Sequence record: JX569801.1
Strand: one strand, 5' to 3'
Length of the DNA: 24,000 nucleotides
DNA from: Campylobacter phage CP30A
The position numbers were made by a program, and so were the translations under genes. Shown here one piece after another: positions 6,478 to 14,563 of this stretch (position 1 is the first letter of the stretch; each line of letters opens with the position of its first letter). The notes under the pieces were generated by a model that saw nothing but the letters and a program-made list of their open reading frames with translations, did not search any database and was not told the origin of the DNA.

Positions 6478-8083
6478 CCCAAACACCTTGACCGCAGTCC
6501 CATACTCTATGATATCCATTTTCCACCATGTTTTCATATTCTGTCTTATTTGGATCAAATTTCTCTAGTTTATCTTTAAGCTTATGTTTCATAAATTGCT
6601 GTCTGCTATAACGAGTATTATTCTTAAAATAGAAATAACCTGGTTTAGAATAGTGACTAAATGTAAATCCTAACTTTAAATATATACTTCCATCAGAATA
6701 TAATCTATCTGAGTAGCTTATTAGTGATCCAGGATTATATTTATGGAAGTGTTTAATTATTTTAGAAGCACCACCTACAACATTTGTGTTCTTCTTAGTA
6801 CACAATCTAATTAACTCCCAGTCATACTTATCTGTGAACCTTGGCTTACCAAAACTCATAAGACAAACTAACTCATCTTGGTAATAGAGTCCATAACAGA
6901 TAGAACTACCAGTGAAGCCTTGGAGGTGATTGTTTTCTAAGAACTCTTTTTCTTCTATTTTGGGTACCTCTCTTAAAACACATTTCCTTGCAAATATTCT
7001 TTCTGATTTTCCTAGTTTGTTGTTTATAATTGACTTCCATATTTCTTTTTTCTCTATCCAAGATGACTCAAAAATGTGAATAAGCTGAATATTTTTCTCA
7101 GCACATTTTTCTGTTTTAGTTAGATGATATTTCTTATCTTTATTCATTGATTCACTATGCCAAAAATCACCATTACATTCTATTGCTAAGTTATATTCTG
7201 GCAAATAAATATCTAGTTCTTTTCCATTTAATATTTCCCAGTTATTAGTTCCACCTGTTAATTCCCTAACTTCTTGCTCGAATGTGCTAGAGTTTGGATA
7301 GCAAAACGGGCATAAATGATGACCTTTTGAAAAATTACCAAATGTCCTTTTAAATACATGACCTTGCTGGCATTTTACTTCTAAATTATCCGCTAAGTTA
7401 TCAGACATAATTATAAACCCTAGACTGTTTAAATAAGTATTTTTATTTTCTGCTTCACATATAGGGCAGAATTGCTGTCCATTTTTAAAGCTGTTAAATG
7501 TTCTTTTAAATATATGTCCTTTTCGGCATTTTATTTCTAAGTCATTAGTTATATTATTAGATAGTATTTCAAAACCCAAATTGTTAATAAAACTATGTTT
7601 ATTATTTGTTTCACATATAGGGCAACTAATGTGGCCATTTTTAAAACTCTTATATGGACGCTTGAAAATATGACCTTCCTCACATTTTACTTCTAAGTTA
7701 GTGCCTAAATTATTAGACACAATCTCGAAGCCTAACTCTTTTAAGAAATCATATTTTTCTTTTTTCTCACATTCAGGGCAACTTGAAATACCATCTTTAA
7801 AACTCCCAAATGTTCTTTTGAAAATGTGCCCTTTTTGGCATTTTACTTCTAGCTTTTTTCCTAAGTTTTCAGATATAGGTTTAAAACCTAAACTATTTAA
7901 AAAAGTTATTTTTTGTTCTATTTCACATGTAGGGCATGCTGTATATCCTTTTTGAAAATCATAAAATTCTCGCTTAAACACATGCTCTTTAGAACATTTT
8001 ACTATTAAATTAGTAGTTAGATTCTCAGATATTACTTGAAAGCCTAGAGTATTTAAATACTCTATTTTTTCTTGATTTGTCAT
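6458..8083 (-). CDS. homing-type endonuclease with five zinc-knuckle-like repeats and a C-terminal nuclease region
   Basis: Five ~52-aa repeats (LGF..SeNL..nLevKC..GHiFKR.f.sFk.G...CP.Ce), then FEQEVRELTG...ELDIYLPEYNLAIECNGDFWHSE (PD-(D/E)XK/VSR-like) and ~82% similar C-terminus to 22290-23909. Confidence 0.75.
   Translation of the reverse strand: MTNQEKIEYLNTLGFQVISENLTTNLIVKCSKEHVFKREFYDFQKGYTACPTCEIEQKITFLNSLGFKPISENLGKKLEVKCQKGHIFKRTFGSFKDGISSCPECEKKEKYDFLKELGFEIVSNNLGTNLEVKCEEGHIFKRPYKSFKNGHISCPICETNNKHSFINNLGFEILSNNITNDLEIKCRKGHIFKRTFNSFKNGQQFCPICEAENKNTYLNSLGFIIMSDNLADNLEVKCQQGHVFKRTFGNFSKGHHLCPFCYPNSSTFEQEVRELTGGTNNWEILNGKELDIYLPEYNLAIECNGDFWHSESMNKDKKYHLTKTEKCAEKNIQLIHIFESSWIEKKEIWKSIINNKLGKSERIFARKCVLREVPKIEEKEFLENNHLQGFTGSSICYGLYYQDELVCLMSFGKPRFTDKYDWELIRLCTKKNTNVVGGASKIIKHFHKYNPGSLISYSDRLYSDGSIYLKLGFTFSHYSKPGYFYFKNNTRYSRQQFMKHKLKDKLEKFDPNKTEYENMVENGYHRVWDCGQGVWVKEILS
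7286..8083 (-). repeat. five tandem ~156-nt coding repeats (52-aa C..H/C..C repeat units)
   Basis: KCSKEHVFKREF..CPTCE, KCQKGHIFKRTF..CPECE, KCEEGHIFKRPY..CPICE, KCRKGHIFKRTF..CPICE, KCQQGHVFKRTF..CPFCY. Confidence 0.85.
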
Positions 8084-8092
8084 ACTGAAGAC

Positions 8093-9943
8093 CTATAAGT
8101 TTTCAATATTAAATGATTTTGTACTTAATATTTGTTTTCTAAAATCAATACCATTATCTGACATCCACTGCTCTAGAACTTTTTCATCATTATCTTTCCA
8201 CTCAATTTTTTCTAAGCAGTTATCTATACCATCTTTTGCAAATACTATTCTATAATTAGCTGCAGACCAACTTCCTAACCCTTTCATGTATATAACTTCA
8301 GCATTTTTAGGTAAATTATCTTGGTCTTTTTGATATTCACCTAATGTATAGTACCATTTAATTAATTTATCATTTTGCAATACTGAAATAATAGGTGTTT
8401 TTAATCTATATACTCTACCTTCTGTTAATAAGTTTGGCTGTAACTTATAAACTAGTGCTGTAATTAAACATGCAATATGGTTTCCATCCAAATCAGCATC
8501 GGTAGCTATTACAATATTTTCATATTTTGTTTCAGGTAACCCCAAACCCATAGCTTCTACAATATCCATAACTCTTTGATTCTTTAATAATTGTGCTGTA
8601 GAACATTTTAAAGCATTTTGTAATTTACCTGTTAAAGGTAAGAAACTGCTACAATCTCTACCCACTGCTTGTATTAAAGAAGAAAGTGCGCTATCTCCTT
8701 CCGCTATATACATAAATTTAGGATCTTTAGTATGTTTAGTAAATTTAGGATTAAATCTTTCTTTAGCTTCTTTTCTTTCAAAGGTATTTTGTTTTCTATT
8801 TTCTAGTTCTTGTTGAACTTTATATAATTCAATTATTGGATCTTTAATATGTGTATTTTTGAATAATAGTTCAGCAAAGTCAATGTATTTTAATGTAGGT
8901 ATTCCTAATTCGGTTATAGTATTCTTAATTTCTTCTTTTGTTTGACCTCCACCAAATCTTAAATTCTTTTTATTTTTAAGAATTAGAATGACACCTATCC
9001 TGCTTTTTACAGCTGTGTTTGTAATTTTGGAGTATCCCTTTCTTAAACGATTACCAAAAGCATTTACAATATTGTTTGAAATATAATCTAATGCTACCCC
9101 ACCTTTATTTAAATCAAGTGAGTTTACAATATGAACAAACTTATACTCATCAGTAGGAAATATAGCAAGTTCTAAATTTTCATCACTTTGCAATATTGAG
9201 AAGTTATCAGAATAATATTTTATAAATTCTTTAAACTCTTTTACTTTTATTAATTTTCCCTGAAATGTAAATTCTATACCAGGATTTGAATAAGCTATGT
9301 TTATAAGTAACGCATGTATATGATTTATTAAGTCATCATTAATCTCTTTTAATTCTAGCCTTTCAAAATCTGGTTTAAACTTAATTGTAACACCATGTGT
9401 TGATGAGGCAGGCGCTTTATCTTCTTTATGCTCTATTATAGACATATTGTTTAAACATTTTACAATACCTCTATCCCCTTCAAGAGTAATTGTTGTTAAT
9501 TGATACTCAGAACTAAATAATGGTATTAATTTAGAACCTATACCATGCGCACCTATTGTGATTCTGTCTTTTTTTTCTTTTTCTAAAAAGGTATAGTTAC
9601 TTGATGTTCTAAACTTGGTAGTTGCCATAACATAAGTATCTATTGGTAATCCTCTACCATTGTCTGATATTGTTATTATACCATTGTCTTTATCAATCTT
9701 TAATGATATTTTATTAGCGTATTTTCCATCAGTTCTAGTAAATTCATCGATTGAATTTTGAATAGCTTCATCTATTTGTTTTGTTAATGTTTGATTATAC
9801 ACTATTTCTTTATTAACAATTTTGTTATTTTCTAAGACTTTAACTGTATTATTGAATGATGTTAATGAACCTGTTATAAGGTGAGGCAGGTTTAAATAAT
9901 ACAATATTTCATTATCCATATATATAATTTTATTATCTGTCAT
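8093..9943 (-). CDS. DNA topoisomerase II large subunit, T4 gp39/gp60-like (GyrB-like ATPase + Toprim)
   Basis: GHKL motifs DNGRGLPID, GAHGIGSK; Toprim AEGDSALSS and IATDADLDGNHI. Confidence 0.9.
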   Translation of the reverse strand: MTDNKIIYMDNEILYYLNLPHLITGSLTSFNNTVKVLENNKIVNKEIVYNQTLTKQIDEAIQNSIDEFTRTDGKYANKISLKIDKDNGIITISDNGRGLPIDTYVMATTKFRTSSNYTFLEKEKKDRITIGAHGIGSKLIPLFSSEYQLTTITLEGDRGIVKCLNNMSIIEHKEDKAPASSTHGVTIKFKPDFERLELKEINDDLINHIHALLINIAYSNPGIEFTFQGKLIKVKEFKEFIKYYSDNFSILQSDENLELAIFPTDEYKFVHIVNSLDLNKGGVALDYISNNIVNAFGNRLRKGYSKITNTAVKSRIGVILILKNKKNLRFGGGQTKEEIKNTITELGIPTLKYIDFAELLFKNTHIKDPIIELYKVQQELENRKQNTFERKEAKERFNPKFTKHTKDPKFMYIAEGDSALSSLIQAVGRDCSSFLPLTGKLQNALKCSTAQLLKNQRVMDIVEAMGLGLPETKYENIVIATDADLDGNHIACLITALVYKLQPNLLTEGRVYRLKTPIISVLQNDKLIKWYYTLGEYQKDQDNLPKNAEVIYMKGLGSWSAANYRIVFAKDGIDNCLEKIEWKDNDEKVLEQWMSDNGIDFRKQILSTKSFNIENL

Positions 9944-9970
9944 TATTTTCCTTTCAACTTTATTAATTGT

Positions 9971-10003
9971 ATTATATCAAACATTAACTTAAAATTATCT
10001 TAA
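9971..10003 (-). promoter_or_regulatory. phage promoter, YTAAG-N6-TTAAG-N11-TATAAT class (instance 4)
   Basis: Minus: TTAAGATAATTTTAAGTTAATGTTTGATATAAT, upstream of the topoisomerase large subunit gene. Confidence 0.7.
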
Positions 10004-10019
10004 TTTATATTAATAGTGT

Positions 10020-11225
10020 CTAAATTAATCCTATCTTTTTATTGTTTATATTTTTCATATGTGATATGTCATTTTCTTTTAGATAATTTTTAAAATTATT
10101 TTTACAAGCAATGTTATATTTTTCTCCTTCTATAATATTACTTAAATTACACTGAAGAATATTATCATTTATTAATTTGTTGAATGATTTTTTAGGTAAA
10201 CCATTATTTTCCCATATTTTTAAGGCTTCTTTTTTAGTCAATGTTCTTAGGTTTAATATATCAAATGTTCTACCTGCTCTTAATAATGCCGGATCAATCT
10301 CATTAATATTTCTATTTGTTGTAATTATAAACTTTGTTTTACATGTAATATCATTATTTATACCTTCAGTAAATGATAAAAAGTGTGACATAAATTGATT
10401 TCGTTGTGCATCTATACCATTTTGAATGTCAGATCTAGGCAATAGATAATCTAAATCATCAAATAATACTAAATTATACCTATTTGCTAACAACTCATTC
10501 CAGAACGCATCACCAGCTAATAAACTCTCATTCTTTACAACTGCAACATTTATGCAATTACGGTCATCATCTGACTTATCAAATACTTTCTCTTCTAATT
10601 CAAGATGTTTATATTTCTTATAATCCAAGTTTAACAAAAATTTTAAATAACATTCTGCAAGTTTTGTTTTCCCTGTTCCAGGTTGGCCATATAATATTAA
10701 AATATTACTATTTGTAAATAGAAACTGTATAAACATTTCATTTAAATCTAGAAAAGGGTAATAATCATAATCAATATTTTTATAATTATCTTTAGTTTTA
10801 GATGAATCTACATATACTAATTCCCCTTTTTCTTCATAGAAACTCTTTATTTTGATTAATAACTCATCAGTACCAGTAATATATTTCTTTAAAATATTAT
10901 TATAGAATCCTTTTAAAAAATCTATACTGTTTGAATACATATCTAACTGAACACTTTTACCTATTCTATAAGTTATTTCAATATATATGTTAGATAACCT
11001 AAAAACAAATATATTTTTATCACCTTCAATACCATCCCATTCATAATAAGAAGTTTTTAAAAATGTTTTTATTTCATTTAGTAATTCATCTAATTTATCA
11101 ACTGGGATTTTTATATTTTCTAACTGTTCACTATAGTTATCACATATAAACTTGCTTTTCAAAGCAAATCCAGGTTTTGATGGTGTTCCAAATGAATTAT
11201 CTGAAACTATATGTTTAATACTCAT
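10020..11225 (-). CDS. AAA+ ATPase (BCS1/FtsH-like fold)
   Basis: Walker A LYGQPGTGKTK, Walker B NLVLFDDLD, sensor-1 FIITTNRN, INEIDPALLRAGRTFD. Confidence 0.85.
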   Translation of the reverse strand: MSIKHIVSDNSFGTPSKPGFALKSKFICDNYSEQLENIKIPVDKLDELLNEIKTFLKTSYYEWDGIEGDKNIFVFRLSNIYIEITYRIGKSVQLDMYSNSIDFLKGFYNNILKKYITGTDELLIKIKSFYEEKGELVYVDSSKTKDNYKNIDYDYYPFLDLNEMFIQFLFTNSNILILYGQPGTGKTKLAECYLKFLLNLDYKKYKHLELEEKVFDKSDDDRNCINVAVVKNESLLAGDAFWNELLANRYNLVLFDDLDYLLPRSDIQNGIDAQRNQFMSHFLSFTEGINNDITCKTKFIITTNRNINEIDPALLRAGRTFDILNLRTLTKKEALKIWENNGLPKKSFNKLINDNILQCNLSNIIEGEKYNIACKNNFKNYLKENDISHMKNINNKKIGLI

Positions 11226-11253
11226 ACAATTCTCCTTTTTTAGAGAATTGTAT
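11224..11253 (-). promoter_or_regulatory. Shine-Dalgarno-sequestering hairpin at the AAA+ ATPase start codon
   Basis: Minus ATACAATTCTC-TAAAAAAG-GAGAATTGTAT: perfect 11-bp stem; SD AAGGAG spans loop and 3' arm; ATG reached by the stem. Confidence 0.75.
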
Positions 11254-11279
11254 CACTTAATTCCTTAAAAATATCTTAG
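11247..11279 (-). promoter_or_regulatory. phage promoter, YTAAG-N6-TTAAG-N11-TACAAT class (instance 5)
   Basis: Minus: CTAAGATATTTTTAAGGAATTAAGTGATACAAT; -10 overlaps the 5' arm of the hairpin. Confidence 0.6.
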
Positions 11280-11539
11280 TTATTATAATATTTTAAACTT
11301 TCAACTAATACTTCATGAAACACATTTAAATCTTCATATGTAATTAATATATTAATTTCTTTTATAAAGTCTTCCAAACTTGTAATTGGTTCAACATCAA
11401 ACTCAAAGTTATGACTATGATGTTCAATATTATATTCTTGTACTATTTGCAATGTTTCAGTTATAGCTTCTATTTCATGTCCTTTTGCAAATTGTGATAA
11501 GCCGTTTATAGTTATATCTTTTATTAACTGTTTATCCAT
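11276..11539 (-). CDS. hypothetical protein, 87 aa
   Basis: Intact ORF with SD AGAAGGA upstream of ATG. Confidence 0.75.
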   Translation of the reverse strand: MDKQLIKDITINGLSQFAKGHEIEAITETLQIVQEYNIEHHSHNFEFDVEPITSLEDFIKEINILITYEDLNVFHEVLVESLKYYNN

Positions 11540-11552
11540 TGTATATCCTTCT

Positions 11553-11588
11553 TTCTAATAAATATTTTAAAATATTTATTAGAAAGGT
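11553..11588. repeat. 36-bp perfect palindrome at a divergent gene junction
   Basis: CTTTCTAATAAATATTTTAAAATATTTATTAGAAAG; contains AATAAATA (T4 late-promoter-like) in each direction. Confidence 0.9.
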
Positions 11589-11593
11589 TTATA

Positions 11594-11995
11594 ATGACTT
11601 TTGTTGAAAAAAATATGGTTAAAGAGCTTAAAAAAACTATATCATCAAAAAAACCATTAGTTTTATGTTTTATGTCAAAATTACTACAAAAAGAGATACA
11701 AAAACTCTTAAAAGGTAATAAACTTATAACTATTATAAAAATTATATTATATGCTTTTGATAAAACACCTGTTGAAGTAAAAAGAGGGGTTTTAGGATAT
11801 GTTGAAAATGAAAAAAATATTCCATTTCAGTATAAATATGATAATACAACAAAAACACTAACATTTTCATTAAATAAAAAATCATATTATTTTAATTTAT
11901 GCACTGCTAATGAATATATTAAAGTCTTAGCAAATGAAACTAATTGGATGATTTTAAAGAAGAATTTAAATAATGCATTAAAAAATATAAAGTAG
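11594..11995 (+). CDS. hypothetical protein, 133 aa
   Basis: SD AGAAAGG upstream; single plus-strand gene between a divergent palindrome and a bidirectional terminator. Confidence 0.75.
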   Translation: MTFVEKNMVKELKKTISSKKPLVLCFMSKLLQKEIQKLLKGNKLITIIKIILYAFDKTPVEVKRGVLGYVENEKNIPFQYKYDNTTKTLTFSLNKKSYYFNLCTANEYIKVLANETNWMILKKNLNNALKNIK

Positions 11996-12010
11996 GATAT
12001 ATCCTACTTT
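11989..12010. terminator. bidirectional intrinsic terminator between convergent genes
   Basis: AAAGTAGGATATATCCTACTTTT: 9-bp stem, TATA loop, T-rich tail; overlaps the plus gene stop and abuts the minus gene stop. Confidence 0.75.
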
Positions 12011-12012
12011 TA

Positions 12013-12531
12013 TTAATATTCTACTGTAACAACATCATTTTTATACACTGACATTCCATTTATAAATGTTATTTTTGTTAAAGTACCATCATGTGTATAA
12101 TTTGTTGTTGGAATAAGGTTTCCATTAACATATACTTTTGAAGGTTTTAATGAAAGAGAATTATCGGAAACTTCTGTAACTGGAGTATTATAATCACTTG
12201 AACTAACTGTTATATTAACAGAAGATGATATAGAACCTCCACTTATTTTTTTCCATTTTGATGGACTTATATCTGGTTGATTCCCTCTATTTCCATCTGA
12301 TAAAGAAACATATATATAATTGTTATATTTTACTATTTGATTTTGTGTATATGTTGTGCCTGTATCCCAATTTGATGGATCAGTAATACCAATAATTGAA
12401 TTTACTTGAGACATAACAGTATCAAGTTCCCTTTTTAATTGTAAACTAGGTTTCCCTAGAACATCTTGATCTGCAATTTCACCATTTTTAGGGCATAACT
12501 TTTCAAATTCTGTATAGTTTGTAATAGCCAT
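12013..12531 (-). CDS. virion/baseplate protein with CBM5/12-like carbohydrate-binding motif
   Basis: NWDTGTTYTQNQIVKYNNYIYVSLSDGNRGNQPDISPSKWKKI. Confidence 0.6.
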   Translation of the reverse strand: MAITNYTEFEKLCPKNGEIADQDVLGKPSLQLKRELDTVMSQVNSIIGITDPSNWDTGTTYTQNQIVKYNNYIYVSLSDGNRGNQPDISPSKWKKISGGSISSSVNITVSSSDYNTPVTEVSDNSLSLKPSKVYVNGNLIPTTNYTHDGTLTKITFINGMSVYKNDVVTVEY

Positions 12532-12533
12532 TT

Positions 12534-12551
12534 ATAAAATCTCCATTTTAT
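12534..12551 (-). promoter_or_regulatory. hairpin displaying the Shine-Dalgarno GGAG as a tetraloop
   Basis: Minus ATAAAAT-GGAG-ATTTTAT, then AAATG start. Confidence 0.5.
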
Positions 12552-12554
12552 TTT

Positions 12555-12562
12555 TATTTATA
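12555..12562 (-). promoter_or_regulatory. T4-like late promoter TATAAATA
   Basis: Exact TATAAATA on minus in the gap upstream of the 12531 start codon. Confidence 0.5.
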
Positions 12563-12563
12563 T

Positions 12564-13205
12564 TTAATAGCTTATTTGTGGTGGAAAAGGGTCAAACAAA
12601 AATGTTACATCAAATGTTGCCAAACCATTACTATTTTGATCAAGTGATAATCCACCATGACTTCTTATCATAGCACATTGTGTATCTATAATAACATGTC
12701 CACCATTTTTAAATTCATTGTTTTGTACAGATTGATTTATGTAATTCCTAGATTCTCTTAATGTTCTTTTCCTTATCTTAATGATCCACATCTGATCATC
12801 TGGATATTGATCTTTTAAATGACCAGTAAGTTTTTTAAAAGCTGAATATAAAAAACCACCATCACTATCTCTAAAAGTTATAGTTAATTGTTGTAATTCG
12901 TGTCGTCCTTGGGTATAAACCCAACTAGAACCTATCCATTCATTTATTTCAGCAAATGAAATAGGATCTATTGAAACTCTTTGTATTAATATATCCATAT
13001 TTGGTAAGTCAAGAATATTGATTCTACCAGCACCAGGAACTTCATTTTTTAAAGCAAAAGTATCAATGCTATATAAACTTTCTAAATCAAAATTAATACC
13101 ATATGTTTTTTGTATTTTTTGTGCTAATTCAGTTATAGCTGATTGTGTTTTATCACCACCAAAAAAATCTGATACTGCACCAACAGCTGTATTTAATATA
13201 CCCAT
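12564..13205 (-). CDS. tail-tube-fold / baseplate structural protein
   Basis: VSIDPISFAEINEWIGSSWVYTQGRHELQQLTITFRDSDGGFLYSAFKKLTG...DQMWIIKI resembles T4-like tail tube or tube-initiator proteins; late-type promoter upstream. Confidence 0.5.
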   Translation of the reverse strand: MGILNTAVGAVSDFFGGDKTQSAITELAQKIQKTYGINFDLESLYSIDTFALKNEVPGAGRINILDLPNMDILIQRVSIDPISFAEINEWIGSSWVYTQGRHELQQLTITFRDSDGGFLYSAFKKLTGHLKDQYPDDQMWIIKIRKRTLRESRNYINQSVQNNEFKNGGHVIIDTQCAMIRSHGGLSLDQNSNGLATFDVTFLFDPFPPQISY

Positions 13206-13210
13206 AAAAC

Positions 13211-13245
13211 CCTCTCTATAAATATTAGTAATATTTATAGAGAGG
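13211..13245. promoter_or_regulatory. 35-bp perfect palindrome containing two divergent T4-like late promoters and both Shine-Dalgarno sequences
   Basis: CCTCTCTATAAATATTA-G-TAATATTTATAGAGAGG; TATAAATA at 13217-13224 (+) and 13232-13239 (-). Confidence 0.85.
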
Positions 13246-13250
13246 AAACT

Positions 13251-13904
13251 ATGGAATTAGAAGTTTGGAAAGGAAAACATTCCATTTTATTAAATAAATT
13301 ATATAATGATAATAATTATGTTTATGACAGCGATATTATTAATGTTTTAGTATATAAATGCCTAAACCAACCTAAATATATTACAAATGATGAGGCTAGA
13401 TTCCTATTTTTTAAAAAATATTTCGCTGAAGTATGTAGTGAAATAGATTCTAGTTTTAAATGCCCATACTGTAATGAAATGAATGATATAAAATTTACTA
13501 ATGATGATATCTCTATAACCGAATACTCGTTAAAACCTATTGAAATAAATGTAGATAATGTTATTGTTACAATTTATTTTAAAAAAGAATTATCACAAGA
13601 TGACTCTTTAAGTCTTATTACAGAAACAAAAAATATGATAGACCACGAGAAAAGGTTGTTAGAATTATATTATATGATTGACTATATTTCTATAAATGGT
13701 GAAGAGTTAAGAGGTAATCATATTATATTTGAAAAATATATTAATGAACTCCCATTATCATGTTTTAATAGGGTATTTGATTATTTTAGAGATTCTATAC
13801 CAAAACATAGTATTATTAAAAGTTGCTCTTGTAAAAATTGTAATAGTGAAATAAATGTTGAATTAGAAGAATTACCTGAATCTGTTAGAAGGAATTTATT
13901 TTGA
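13251..13904 (+). CDS. T4 gp26-like baseplate hub assembly protein with zinc-type Cys pairs
   Basis: FKCPYCNEMND and SCSCKNCNSE Cys pairs; C-terminal helical region; adjacent paralog-like gene in baseplate module. Confidence 0.55.
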   Translation: MELEVWKGKHSILLNKLYNDNNYVYDSDIINVLVYKCLNQPKYITNDEARFLFFKKYFAEVCSEIDSSFKCPYCNEMNDIKFTNDDISITEYSLKPIEINVDNVIVTIYFKKELSQDDSLSLITETKNMIDHEKRLLELYYMIDYISINGEELRGNHIIFEKYINELPLSCFNRVFDYFRDSIPKHSIIKSCSCKNCNSEINVELEELPESVRRNLF

Positions 13905-14563
13905 CAAAAGATATTATCATTAATAATAGGCATTACTGTTTAAATGTATGGAAGATAAAAGATGAAATAGGTATATTACATCAATTTATTGATTGGATTG
14001 AACTACCATTAGAAGATCAAGTAAATAAAATAGCTGATATATTGATACCACAAACAAAAGATTTGGATTATATTTCAAGATTATATATTATGATAATATT
14101 ATCGTCTTATGCTAATGGTGATTATAGTGATATACTACTAACTTGTCCACATTGTGGTAATCCTATTGATACAAGAATAAACATAAGAGAGAATTTAGAA
14201 TTTATACCTCCAAAAACTGTTGAAGTTGAAATTAACAATAAAAAATATACTATTTCAAAACAAAATATTGAGCTGTGTAATGAGTTACCATTAAAAGATT
14301 ATAATTCTATTTTAAATCAATTAAATGATGATGGTGATTTAAAATTATGTGCTAAAGTAAAATGTATTATGTGTAATAATGATGTTTTAGCTATAAGAGA
14401 ATTAAAAGATTTATTTGAAAACTATATTATAATGCTTGATTTGGAATGGTATTATTCTACACTTAAATATTTTATATCACAATTAGGTTTTAGTAAAACA
14501 GATTTTGATAACCTATATCCTTTTGAAATTGAATTATTGATAAACGAGAATAAAGATGAGTGA
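13901..14563 (+). CDS. second gp26/gp51-like baseplate hub assembly protein
   Basis: LTCPHCGNPID and VKCIMCNND Cys pairs, same size and position logic as the preceding gene. Confidence 0.55.
   Translation: MTKDIIINNRHYCLNVWKIKDEIGILHQFIDWIELPLEDQVNKIADILIPQTKDLDYISRLYIMIILSSYANGDYSDILLTCPHCGNPIDTRINIRENLEFIPPKTVEVEINNKKYTISKQNIELCNELPLKDYNSILNQLNDDGDLKLCAKVKCIMCNNDVLAIRELKDLFENYIIMLDLEWYYSTLKYFISQLGFSKTDFDNLYPFEIELLINENKDE

Noticed and set aside
7701-7955. Plus-strand ORF, 84 aa
   Set aside because: Antisense shadow of the endonuclease repeats; repetition mirrors the opposite frame.
7286-8083. CRISPR-like or satellite repeat array
   Set aside because: Regular ~156-nt periodicity is protein-coding (Cys-pair repeats) with synonymous and non-synonymous drift, no spacer pattern.
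10177-10717. Plus-strand ORFs at 10177-10398 and 10484-10717
   Set aside because: Antisense to the well-supported AAA+ ATPase gene, no SD or motif.
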